Shown here: piece by piece, positions 28,901 to 41,099 of the stretch
Layout of the letters: each line of letters starts with the position of its first letter
Position numbering within the stretch: the first letter of the stretch is position 1
From: Bugula neritina
Taxonomy: Eukaryota; Animalia; Bryozoa
DNA: 64,000 nucleotides
Reading direction: 5' to 3'
NCBI GenBank assembly: GCA_964035545.1
Contig: OZ037767.1
Coordinates: 11,046,581 to 11,110,580 of the forward strand
The notes under the pieces: model-generated
What the model saw: the letters and a program-made list of their open reading frames with translations, nothing else
Told to the model about the DNA's origin: nothing
The model's database searches: none
Translations under genes and position numbers: made by a program

Positions 28901-31900
28901 AGGTTGAGACAACTTCTAATATTGTTTATCCTAATAACCGTTTATTTTAGTAACCTTTCTCATGTTCTTTATTACAACATATTGATTTAGAATCCCATAC
29001 ATTCCAATCATTGAAAGATATTAGCCTACCCTTTCATGTTTTTTATATATCAGGTTCTTCTCGTGTTCTGTAATTTAGAATTTCCAGCCTCTTTGATGCA
29101 TGTGAACTCTATTACCCTGTATTTAGTAGCATTACACAAGTTGTGTTTATACTTCCTGTTATGACTAAAGCAATTAAGTTCTCATAATATATTACAGTAT
29201 ATAGATAATATATTACAGTATATAGATAATATATTACAGTATATAGATAATATATTACAGTGTATAGATAATATATTATAGCATATAGGTAATATATTAT
29301 AGCATATAGATAATATATTATAGCATATAGGTAATATATTACAGCATATAGATAATATATTATAGCATATAGGTAATATATTACAGTATATAGATAATAT
29401 ATTGCGGCATATAGATAATATATTACAGTGTATAAATGACATATTACACATTGTTATATTACAGAGATGTGGTGGACCTCAACAGCGCCAGCCCTACTTA
29501 CAGCGGGAATGTAGCGGTTGGCCCTGGGAGTCACAATACAGCGAGTGACGACTCCATTGGTTCCATATTAGAAATGGCTGTACAGAAATCTCCCTTAATA
29601 TATATAGAGAAAGGGTAGGCACAGATATTGGTGTACTGGTATAGTTTATCAATTATGTAGCATGTGTTTCTTGCAAAAGTTGTTTGAATCATTTAATTTT
29701 ACCGGACATTGTAAGAAATGTGAGTACATACATAAGGGAATTTGTTTTTATCACTGTACTGGTATGCATTGTTCCAGATATTGGACTTTATAATACTTCC
29801 AATAGTAGCACCAGTAGTAGTACTAGTAGTAGCACTATTGCAGATTGCTAGTAGTAGTGGTAATGGTAGTAGTATTAGTGGTACTAGTAGTTGTAGTAGT
29901 GCTAGAAGTGATAGCAGTAGTAACTACTGTCAGTATGAAGCCATGCTATTGAGTGTATATTACAGAGAGGTGTCATACTATTGAATGTCTATTACAGAGA
30001 GGTGTCAAACTATTGAACGTATATTACAGAGAGGTGTCATACTATTGAATGTATATTACAGAGAGGTGTCATACTATTGAATGTATATTACAGAGAGGTG
30101 TCATACTACTGAATGTATGTTACAGAGAGGTGTCATACTATTCAATGTGTATTACAGAGAGGTGTCATACTACTGAATGTATATTACAGAGAGGTGTCAT
30201 ACTATTCAATGTGTATTACAGAGAGGTGTCATACTATTGAATGTATATTACAGAGAGGTGTCAAAAGGTGTTGGCAGATTTAGAGACTTGCTACGAGCAG
30301 TTGGATCCACAACAAGTAAAAACCTCTACAGACTCGTGAGTATATATCATAGTACATGTGTTATTCTCCATAACGATATACTACACTAGTTCATTGGAAA
30401 CAGATTTACTCGTGATTGTTATTTTGTCTTGACTTTTTACATGCTAACAGCTCAAATATTTTGCGTATTTTCAATCCATACAGCATGGGTTGACAACTCC
30501 AGTTGTTCAAGGCTATGTTGGTGGCTGTTGTATGTTTTAAAAGGTATCTCTGAGTTATGTGATGTTTTGTAGACCTTGGCCCGACAGTTAGCCGAGGTGC
30601 TATTGCGGGGCGTATGCTCAGCTACTTATCCCCCCATCGCACTAAAGACAGATAGAAAGAGAGGATCACTAAAGGCTAGGCAGTACAGTGGGCGGGACAT
30701 GTTTGTTCCGTCCAATGAAGAGGAAGAGGCGCTGTTGCTGCTGCTCATCGCAGAGGCAATGGCCAATAGGGAGGCAGTATTGGAGAGGAGGCCTGAACAC
30801 AAGCAGTCTCGACAGCATTCCTATGACAACGCCACTGCAGTGTACGACCTGCTGGCCATAGCCCTGGTGCGCAGGTCCAACTGTGCAATCTTAGCGGAGG
30901 TAGTCACCTGTAATCCCACATTCTACTTAGTATTACTACTGTGCTGCATATGTCCTTTATACTGCATATGTCCCTTGTACTGCATATGTCCCTTGTACTG
31001 TATATGTCCTCTGTACTGTATATGTTCCCTGTACTGCATATGTCCCTGTACTGTATATGTCCCCTGTACTGCATATGTCCCTTGTACTGCATATGTCCCC
31101 TGTACTGCATATGTCACACAGGGGAAAACACCTGACAACATAAGGGCATCTCATCAGAGCACCTGCACATTGCATCCTCTTCTATGCTGCGCTGGCTTGA
31201 AAGTTTTAAGTTTAAACTTTCAATAATTGCTATTAGTTTTATAATAGACTCCAGAGCTGACTGGAAACATTATCAGCAAGTGATCAGAAAATCCAAAGTT
31301 ATTCAAGACATGTTTGTACAAAATTTATCATAACACAAAATTGTTTGAGCATACAACCCTCAAACAGTGTGTAGATAGCTATGATATATATAAATATTTT
31401 AATACTGCATAGATAAAGTGTGTCAGGGATTCTTTAAAGTTTAAGGGTTTGGTTTTGCGCAGTTGAACCTTTGACTACAGCCATTCCATGAGAGCATACA
31501 TATATATGTATAATATATTGAGTGTGTTTACTGTATATTATTTGGTGCTGATGTTTCCACAGGCCCTGGAGAGAGCCATGAAGTTCTCGTATGAAGAGCC
31601 CCACGTCTGGTACCAGTTTGCTCTGTCACTCATAGAAACTGGCAAGGTCTGTACTACGTACACTTGAACTGAGTATGTTAAGCTGCTTGATTCGTCTAAT
31701 CATTTGCTTGTCAAATTTAGACACATTTTAGATATGAGTGAAGATAATTCACAAATCTGCAATTTTAAGAGTTGCGTTTTGTAAAGTTTATGGTCTATAT
31801 ACCCTATACAGCATACAATATATACTGTATAGACTATAGAGTATATACAATGTAGAGTATATACAATGTAGAGTATGTATATATGCAATATATACCATAT

Positions 31901-34900
31901 GGAGTATATATTGTATAGAGTATATACCATATGCAGTATAGATTGTATAAAGTATATACCTTATAGAGTATATATTGTATAGACTATAGAGTATATGCCG
32001 CCTTATAGAGTATATACCATATACAGTAAACATTGTATGGAGTAACTTGCAGAATGATGTTAGCCTGGTGTAAAGTCTGGGTTGATTTTAATTATCATTT
32101 CAAGATTTGGAATGTATCTATGCTAAAAGTTATTTTTGTAAAGCACCTTTAGTTTTTATAGCTGGTACTATACGCAGCTTTTATCAGGAGTGTCACATTT
32201 TTATTGCAGTTTGACACCTACTAATATGTTTGTGTTACAGTTTGACACCTGCTGTAATGTTTGTGTTGACAGTTTGACAGAGCTAATGTGGTACTTAAGG
32301 AGTGTCACAGACTGATGCCTTCTAATAATACTATTCTCCTGCTGCAGGCCGATCTCTGCTATGAAAAGCTACACTTGGTATGTCTGTAAAGTTACATTCA
32401 TACTTTCACGATTTTCAGTCAGAGATTCAATTTGGTCGAGTTTAAAATTGCACCAATTTGCATTGCTTTGTAAAATTTTTGACTTGTGATTACCTAATCA
32501 GCCAATGATAACTCCTTGTAGACATTGGTATTTAATTATAACTTTATCGACTTACTTAAAAAGATTTAAATAAAGCTTCAGCAATTCAAGTAAAAGCTTA
32601 ATGTTTATAATTATATCGGCTGCCTTTCTCAATAAGGTGTGCCAGTACTCAGTTTATTTACATCAATTTCTAATTATCAGTTTGTGTGAAGTTTTGGGTA
32701 GTTGTATGCTGAAAGGTGTTTTTTGCCTTGAGGTTTGGACATGTAGACTGCCAATTCACCCAGTTATGTGAAGTCATCTGGCTGAATCTTATCTGCTTGG
32801 TGTTTCAGGGATTGAAACCCACTAACCCACATCAGCTAAAACTTATAGCTTCCTGTCTGTTTATTAAATGCAGTTTGTGAATTTTACAACTTTTTATACG
32901 CGTAAAAATGATATTTTTTAGATTTTATTTTCTCGAAATTTTTTAAACTGATTTGTCTAACAATACTATTGGAGATTCATTACTTGGTGCTTTGATCAGG
33001 TTGATGATGGAATAGCACTGTGCGAGAAAGCGGTGGGCAACTCCGACACTACTATAGGCAAAAGTAAAGCATACTTACTATTAGCAACTGGATACAGTTA
33101 TAAACTAGCGGAATGTCGAGTGAAGAGTGAACGAGAACTGTTAGAGAAGAAGGCATATGATGCTTACAACAAGTAAGAATGTGCTTATCAAACATGCTTA
33201 TTTAAATTGCGATGCTTTGAGTGTGTGCTGTTTACACAGCATTGCTGATTCGGAAAGTTTGGGCCACGTTTGTGGTGGAAATCCGTTGCCAAGTTACCTG
33301 TTACACACAGTGTGTTGACTGGCTATAGCAGGTTGTATAACGAGTTTACCTTCTGTCTAGTGGCTACACCTGGACTAATGTGTCTGTCTGTAGGTCCTAC
33401 AGTCTGGATAGTTACAGCGTAGAGTCGGCTTACAGACTTGCCTTGCACTTGGCGCAACAGAGGAGACTGACTGAGGCATTCCGGTGCACGAGGCAAGCTC
33501 TTAGGGTTAGTATTGCATCTGCACATTACAGCGTCTTACAGCTGCTCTGAGAGTTAGTATTATATATGTACATTATGGTGTCTTAAAACAGCTCTGAGAG
33601 TTAGTATTGTGTAAGCACTTTATAGTACTGCTAGACATTAATGATGCTCACTTGGAGAGATTTCTCTCTTTATACAATTGGCCATAACAAGTATAACATT
33701 TTGTTGCTTCTCTGGTAAGTGGCAGCTGACAAGTGCTTATTATGAGAGGGTTTTAGCGACAGGTGCTTGCTATGAGAGTGCTTTAGTGACAAGTGCTTGC
33801 TATGAGAGTATTTTAGTGACAAGTGCTTGCTATGACAGTGTTTTAGTGACAAGTGCTTGCTATGACAGCATTTCTGTATTATAAACATGCTTCTGTTACA
33901 CCTACAGCTACAACCTGGTCACATGAACAGTCTCTCACTTCTCAGTCTCCTGTTTTCTGCTGAGAAAAATTATGAACGAGCTCTAGAAGTTATAAAGATT
34001 GCTCTGGCAGAGTATCCCGACACTTTCAGGTTAGACGTCATTGTAGGTTAAATCATTTTAATAGCCACTATTTCCTGTCATTCCACCATCAGTTTAAGTA
34101 ATCACATGAAGTATTATCATTTCTAAAGTGTAATTTGGTAGTCATGTTTATACCAACAGCAGCAGCACCACAGTGTTAGGTTGATGAGTCATGTAGTGCA
34201 TTTCATGGAGTTAGTGGATATGGGCAAATGTATGTGACATAATTTTCTGTTGTTATGGCGTCTGAGACTATTAAAGTGATGTTAAATGAAATGGTCACAT
34301 CACTAAAGGTGACTGTGAGCACAGAATAGTTATTATCTACTTACTAAGTCATACAGAGAGGAGTAAATATGCAGATAGTAGATTGTTGGCGTTGATGTCT
34401 GTTTTATACATTGTAGCCTGTTGTTGATCAAATCCAGATTGGAGAATAGTTTGGGGCTGTTCAATCAGTCCCTTATAACTTGCTCTAACATGCTGCGTCT
34501 GTGGAAGAAAGAGTACCAGAATACTCTAGAAATGTGAGTACAGATTAGAGTGTTTCTCACCACAGATTTGATAGAGTACGGGCTGGTGGGGTGGTACAGC
34601 CCGTAACGTCTATGTAATGTGTTCAGGGATCCTGTAGATAGCACGGCTATACTATACTGTAGTGTATGTGTTGACTTGTAGAGAGAAGAACAGAGGTACC
34701 GGGTTGTTGGAGAGGTTTACAGACAGCGGCAGCAAGGCCTTTCTGTTGGTATCCAATACTGCTGACACTGGTGAGTGTGAACATGGTGTAGGATGAGCTG
34801 TGGTAATACTGGTGTCTAGAGAGAGTACCATATTGGTGTCTAGAGAGGGTACCATATTGGTGTCTAGAGAGGGTACCATATTGGTGTCTAGAGAGGGTAC

Positions 34901-37900
34901 CATATTGGTGGCCGTAAGCTGATCATATTCTGTGTGAGGAAAATGTAAAGTTTTTTAATATCTGACCAACAAGTCATAAAGGTATATTCAAAGTATTTAC
35001 TCTTGCTGTTTTCTTCATAACCAGTGTGAAAGTTCAATATTTGTGTGCAGTATACGTGTGTAGATAATATACGTGTATATAATATACGTGTGTGGATAAT
35101 ATATGTGTGTATAATGTATGCAGTAGATATTATGTATTATAACATAGAACAATATTAACTTGTATGCTATTTGTTGAGTGCTGGCATGTTTGTCCAGTGA
35201 GTGACGTCACGTCATGTAAGTAACTACTATCCCCACTGTCATCTCTTGTATCCAGTGTTAGCTAAATATACTTTTAGATTTCTCTCATGCCGGCTTATTT
35301 GAAAGCAAAGGTAGGGCTCTCGACGCATGACAATATTGTCAATGTAATGGTAGTGCACTAAGCTCAGTGTCATGTGACTGCAGTAGTGTCACATGACTCT
35401 AATGTAGTCTTCCACAATTGTAGTATAATGTCACATGACTAGTCAAATGTCACATCATAACTAGTGCAGTGACTAGTGTAGTGTCACATGACTAGAGTAT
35501 CATGTGACTAGTGTAGTGTCACTTGACTAGCACAATGTCACATAATTAGTGTAGTGTCATGTGACTGTAGTGTCATGTGACTGTAGTGTCATGTGACTGT
35601 AGTGTAGCAGTGTGTAACATGGCTACAGTGTGCTCCTATCCTTTGAATTATTCCCAGTATAGATGTCTCTTTACTAATGAATCACTAAAACAATTGTAGA
35701 GTCAGATATAAACTCAATAAATAGTTCTTGGCTCAAAACATGAAACTTTACTCTTTTGAAAATAATTTGTTATCTTGAATTACTGGATTAGGCCCTAGTG
35801 GAGTTGGAAGAACCTACTCATTTGATTCATGAACTGTTATGATATTTTGTGCAGACATGTTTGTAGTACACATACTTGCTGATCTTACACTGTGTCATGC
35901 CGTATTCTCATTTATTTCAAAATGAAAGTGACAACGCAACCAAATAAGTTTTTATAAGCAGCATTTCACAAATTACCGTAAAAATGATACTAATCAGTAA
36001 ATCGGCCTACCTGTAATAGCTTGATTAACTATAGCCTCACGACCATACTTTTACTAGTTTCATAGAGGGTGGTTGTGGAGGCCCTTTTACTGTTTTAGAC
36101 TGTGAAGTCACATACTATGTAACTGATTTCTACTAACCCCAAACCCAACTAACAGTACAGTAGGCACTGCACGCTTTGCTTCTAATATAGCAAATATACT
36201 TTTCACTTATAAACAATTAACCATCTTTTAGTTGGAATATACCTTTAGATATACTAACGTTACGTGACTTAATAATTCGGTCTGCTCTCTCTTTACAGTA
36301 TTATATGAACACTGATGTAGAAATTATCTGTTTTCACATGATACTAAACTTAGTTGGTGGCCATTGTTATACAAACCTATATTCTCTGCAGGATCAGTGA
36401 GAGAGTCGGTAGCTGCGTCTAGAGTGGAGAAAGCTCTGTCAGAAGTTGCCTCCTCCTACCAGAGCTCTGTGTGGCCCAGACCTGGTCCTCAGTACAGCTG
36501 GTCTGTGCAGGCTCAGATCTGGCTGCATTTAGGTGAGCATCTAGTCAGCTTCTTAACCTATCTTCCTGCGTGATCTTTGTGTGGTCTCAAACCTTCCCGT
36601 GTGATCTTTGTGTGGTCTCAAACCTTCCTGTGTGATCTTTGTGTGGTCTCAAACCTTCCTGTGTGATCTTTGTGTGGTCTCAAACCTTCCTGTGTGATCT
36701 TTGTGTGGTCTTAAACCTTCCTGAGTGATCTTTGTGTGGTCTCAAACCTTCCTGTGTGATCTTTGTGTGGTCTCAAATCTTCCTGTGTGATCTTTGTGTG
36801 GTCTCAAACCTTCTTGTTTTGTCTCTCATCTTAACTTAATATTATAAGTACAATATCTAAATTATAAAATCTAATGACTCACTTTTCAACAGCCAATCAA
36901 ATGCAGCATACAGCCAGCCAATCAATCGTAAGCACTCACACATTATCGTTGACTCAAAAATGGTTTCTGCATTGTGTGTAATTTTTAAATTCATGCTAAT
37001 GTAATTTTGGCCATATCTAAAATATTTCTCCATCTCGTGTAAAAGTGTTGATTATTTTGAACATACAGTGTTGACTGCTAGCAGTAAATAGTGTTGGAAG
37101 TATGAACATTTTAACCAAGTTTATTTACTCCCTTCAGCTGAAATTTACCTCGAGGCATCAAAGACTAAAGAAGCTCACGACTGCGTAGATGAAGCTATGA
37201 CTATATGTCCACTATCCCACCTAGCTAGTTATATGGTAGGTAATATCCCACCTAACTAGCTATATGGTAAGTAATATCTCACCTAGCCAGTTATATGGTA
37301 GGTAATATCCCACCTAGCTAGTTATATGGTAGGTAATATCCCACCTAGCCAGTTATATGGTAGGTAATACCCTACCTAGCTAGTTATATGGTAGGTAATA
37401 TCCCACCTAGCTAGTGATATGGTAGGTAATACCCCACCTAGCTAGTTATATGGTAATCATTACATATCTACATAAGAATTGTTAGTATTTCTAGACTAGT
37501 ATACACCACTGTACACTGTGTAGTATATGAATTTTGGATTTTAGAAAGGGCGTGTGCTGGAAGTCGAACAGAAGTATTCGGAAGCCAAATCGTGTTTTGA
37601 GGCTGCCCTCTGTATCAACCCGTATCATGTGAAGAGCATGGCCTATTTGGTATGTCTGTATGCCCAGTCTAAGTTATATAATATGTATGGCATGTAGAAT
37701 TTAATACAAAGTGTAGGTGTGTGTGTTGTATGTGTGCGCACATGCACGCTTGTAGTACCAGATCTAGGTCACTATTGCTACAAAAGACAGTTGATATAGT
37801 CAATACTGTAGCACTGGGTTATAAAGATAGTCATATATGAGTATATATATATATATGCTACTTGAAAACTTTCTAGAGCCATGTCTTTAATAACTGACGA

Positions 37901-38910
37901 ATGTTGTCTTTCACCAGGGCAAGACCTTGCATTCCATGGGACATTCTAAACTGGCTGAGAAGATGTTGCGTGATGCTGTCAACGTCAACCCGACAGCGCA
38001 TCAGGCCTGGTAAGTTGCTGAGATGCCAGTCTACTATTTTACTATTATCTGATAGTGTTTATGCTTCACTATTTGGTGTTTATTGGTTTACATTTCATGT
38101 TGGTGTTTAGCTATAAGTGCAGGGTAGAAGTGCCGTCATTTGCAGCTCTAGTTGATACAATGATTTATAGGGTTGTTAATTAACTATAAGGTTTACATCC
38201 TTCTAGTTGGTCTGAACTGCACAACACCCAACATTTTACAACCATGTATGAGAAAATAACTCCTCAGGGTGCTGCAGCTATTTATATTAATCCAAATTAT
38301 ATTATCTAAATTATAAGCAACATATTTATTGTATTAGAGCTGTTACTCACTTCAGTGTAGGCACCTATAATAATTTATATGTCCAATGCAACTGGTTATT
38401 GTAAACTTATGGATGTATTAATACGGCTATTATGCTGCAACATAAAGTAAGTATGGAACTTACAATTGACCTAAAAATTAATATCAAACCGAATAGTCTA
38501 TTCTATGCGATGCAGATGTATACACTGAGCATGCTCGTACTGTAATGTATACACTGAGCATGCTCGTACTGTAATGTATACACTGAGCATGCTCGTACTG
38601 TAATGTATACACTGAGCCTGCTTGTTGCTGTGATGTATGCACTGAGCATGCTCGTTGCTGTGATGTATGCACTGAGCATGCTCGTTGCTGTGATGTATGC
38701 ACTGAGCATGCTTGTTGCTGTGATTTTCAGTTGAAATGTTACTTTCTCTTATCTCAGCCTACTATTCCTGTCTGCTTTAGGAAAGAGTTGGGGGTGGTGC
38801 TGGAGGCCCTCAAAGAGTTTGATACAGCTTCAGATTGTCTCATTACAGCTATCAATTTAGAACGTTCTACACCTGTTATTCCATTTTCAAACCTCTTCCG
38901 AATGAGTTGA
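25974..38910 (+). CDS. TTC7: Tetratricopeptide repeat protein 7 (PI4KA scaffold), about 19 exons
   Basis: Starts MANKGKNYKIEAEIEKHRAHQNWDKA; conserved blocks GVGRFRDLLRAV, LARQLAEVLLRG, EEEALLLLLIAEAMANREAVL, VYDLLAIALVRR, LERAMKFSYEEPHVWYQFALSL, VAASRVEKALSEVASS, QAQIWLHLAE, LAEKMLRDAVNVNPTAHQAW; ends STPVIPFSNLFRMS-TGA at 38910. Confidence 0.93.
29185..29464 (+). repeat. 21-bp tandem repeat containing atattacag, abutting the TTC7 acceptor at 29464
   Basis: Unit taatatattacagtatataga, about 12 copies. Confidence 0.88.
29947..30263 (+). repeat. 32-bp tandem repeat spanning the TTC7 acceptor at 30253, 10 copies
   Basis: Unit attacag/AGAGGTGTCAtactattgaatgtat; AG at 29965 through 30253 in steps of 32. 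Confidence 0.93.
30938..31115. repeat. About 20-bp intronic minisatellite gtactgcatatgtcccc
   Basis: Tandem array starting about 40 bp after the donor at 30900. Confidence 0.88.
32400..32610 (+). repeat. Interspersed repeat fragment, related copy at about 57097-57330
   Basis: ttcacgattttc.gtca.a.attcaatttgg.cg.gtt.aaa and ataactccttg.a.acat.g.tattta.tta shared between both sites. Confidence 0.6.
33722..33870. repeat. 30-bp intronic minisatellite, 5 copies
   Basis: gtgacaagtgcttgctatgagagtgtttta units. Confidence 0.88.
34808..34910. repeat. 24-bp intronic minisatellite, about 4 copies
   Basis: ccatattggtgtctagagagggta units. Confidence 0.88.
36556..36816. repeat. 31-bp intronic minisatellite, about 8 copies
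   Basis: ccttcctgtgtgatctttgtgtggtctcaaa units starting about 25 bp after the donor at 36533. Confidence 0.92.
37214..37456 (+). repeat. 31-bp tandem repeat spanning the TTC7 donor at 37236, about 8 copies
   Basis: Unit ATCCCACCTAGCTAGTTATATG/gtaggtaat. Confidence 0.93.
38515..38725. repeat. 29-30-bp intronic minisatellite, about 7 copies
   Basis: atgtatacactgagcatgctcgtactgta units. Confidence 0.9.
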
Positions 38911-39385
38911 TAACCGTGACACTTGCAGCTATGATTTCTAAATATTGTAGTCATACAAATGATCTTAGTTACATATTATGTTTTGTTATGTTATATTTAT
39001 ATTTCAATAAATAGAATATTATTTATTTCTTTTCACTCATGCAGACACAATATTCTACTTTATATTAAATGTTCCTGGTTGTAGATTAGTATAATGTATA
39101 ATATGGTATAGTATAAGTATAATTAGCATATTGGGTATTTTCTCAAATGTATTACTTTGGTTATAATATATTTAAAGTTGTTTTTATTTTTTATATAATT
39201 AAATGATGTTTACTTTCAATTTTAGTCGACTATTACTATCAGACTATTGTTTATTAGGTTGAAGGAAATTTGTTATTATGTTACTACAAAATTGCTGCAT
39301 TGTTATTGCTGACTTAAAATAGTACCTGTATTTATTTTTGTGATGTAGCGGTTAATGTTTGTGTTCTAAAAAATAATCACCATAT

Positions 39386-39737
39386 TGTAGTAATTTGTGC
39401 AATTACTGAGCGTGAGTTATTTACTTGCGTATAGTTAGCTGGTTATTCTGTTATCAATTACTAGGGTAGCTGTCGAGTAATTATATTTATTATCCACAAT
39501 AAAGCATAAACCAAACATCACATCAAATTATCCTATACAAGAGTCAACTACTAACACATGTTACTACTACAAGCCTCCGCTTACAACAACGTGATATAAT
39601 CTTAATAACCCGGGAAGTGTCACGTGACTCGGAAGCATATCTTCCGGAGCTGCTAATTGGTTGCTACATAAGAGTCTAAGTATTCCAAGAATAGGGAGAG
39701 GGCGATTCCTGTATTTGTACTTGCACTACTCACTACA
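39386..39737 (-). repeat. 3' LTR (352 bp)
   Basis: Near-identical copy of 44293-44645; preceded on the minus strand by a polypurine tract. Confidence 0.95.
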
Positions 39738-39748
39738 CCGTCCCCCCC
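39738..39748 (-). promoter_or_regulatory. Polypurine tract
   Basis: Minus strand GGGGGGGACGG immediately before the 3' LTR. Confidence 0.8.
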
Positions 39749-40028
39749 AGCAGAAAGCCCTACTTTCTGATAACACAATAAAAAAAACATAATGAAAAAC
39801 CATACAATAATCCAAAAAGGAAATATTCATAAGTAAACCCACAAAGAGTAAGAAAAGAAATAGTTAAACACGACAACGTTTACATTAGAAGACAACAGGG
39901 TGATCGATCACACACATCTAGTCAGCTATTAAGAGAGAGGGTGCTTACCAGCACGCGGGCCAATGTCGGAGCGCTCGTCACATCCTAAACGAGCTATAGC
40001 TCAACGAAGGTGCCTACCCCAGGCATTC

Positions 40029-41076
40029 TCATTGGTTGGACTCTGCTTCTTGTAGCGACCGTGCTCTGTGTCGAGCCTGTCGGGCCCGTAGCCGCCTCTT
40101 CAGTCGTCCCACTGAGTCCTTCAACTGGTATAGACCTGTCGTCGTATCCAGCAAGTCAGGGGCAAGTTGTGTGAACTCGGCTTGCAGTCTTAGAAGCCGC
40201 TCTTCTACGTTAGCCAGCTGGCTAGGTCTTGGTGGGGTTATGGGGGTCTCCGTTATACGGGATATGGTTGTTTCTTCTACTTCTGGGGTGTTGCTAGGGT
40301 TGACGGGGGTAGGAGGTGGGCCCTGAACCATAGGGGACTTATGGCGGGCAGATAGTAACAGTACGTGAAACCCGGACGTTAGTGCGGCCAGGGTAATAGC
40401 CTTCCTGATGACTGGCTTGATGGCATCCAGGTATAGGGGGAAACTGTCTTCATCAACAGTGTGGTTCTCTCCGGCGAAGCAGCTTAGCTTATGTACTGTC
40501 ACGGGATACGGGTAGACGTCGTGGAACCCGCAGGGACAGAAGTGGAGTAGGAAATGGGCATCTACATGTAAACGCAAGGAGCGGTGCGACGGGCACTCCT
40601 CAAAGCAGACCTGGCAGGTTCGGTGTGGTCCACTGGGTCCCCAGGCTTCTTCAATTCTCCTCTCTGTCGTGGGTGACACCCAACGGTGTCGTCGGCGGAG
40701 TACTACTGGTATGCCATTCTCCATTACAGGCTCTTCTTCCATAGACAGAGAGGTTGGCTGGTCCCGTGACCGGGAGGTGGTCACTCGAGTGTGATCTGAA
40801 AGAGTAGCAGTGTTAAAGATTATACACTGAGACACCGTCGGTGTGTACAGCCTGACCGGTACTCTGTTCAGTTACACTCGTGAGATTCAGGCTAATGAAT
40901 AGTTGATGGAGAACACACTCGCTATGACAGATTATTTAAAATCAAAGTCGACGTGTATTCCCACCACTGTTTATCATTATCGAATCTCCAGCTAGCTAGT
41001 GTAGCTGACTGATGCAGTCTAGTTATCGTACCAAAAACATAATTAACTCACCCTTCGATCCAGAATAGTAAGACAT
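40029..41076 (-). CDS. Retrotransposon accessory ORF3, predicted two exons (41076-41052, 40795-40029), about 263 aa, C2H2-like zinc finger plus C-terminal coiled coil
   Basis: CAAAATG start, MSYYSGSK, phase-1 donor G/GTGAGT (41051), acceptor ctctttcag (40796) in frame with ORF 40029-40835; CQVC-x12-H-x3-H then CPCG...H...C; heptad-like LANVEERLLRLQAEF...LKDSVGRLKRRL. Confidence 0.7.
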
Positions 41077-41099
41077 TTTGGAATGAAAGTGGTATCTGA

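Noticed and set aside
29742-29984. Hydrophobic and Ser-rich 80-aa ORF
   Set aside because: Degenerate (AGT)n microsatellite inside a TTC7 intron.
29947-30263. Regular 30-32-bp repeats (also 36556-36816, 37214-37456) resembling CRISPR arrays
   Set aside because: No unique spacers, no cas genes, eukaryotic introns.
33490-33500. Possible GC-AG donor in TTC7
   Set aside because: The frame continues RQALR to a canonical GT at about 33506 that fits the next exon.
40029-40835. ORF3 as an envelope gene
   Set aside because: No signal peptide, TM helix or fusion-peptide pattern; it has zinc-finger-like motifs instead.
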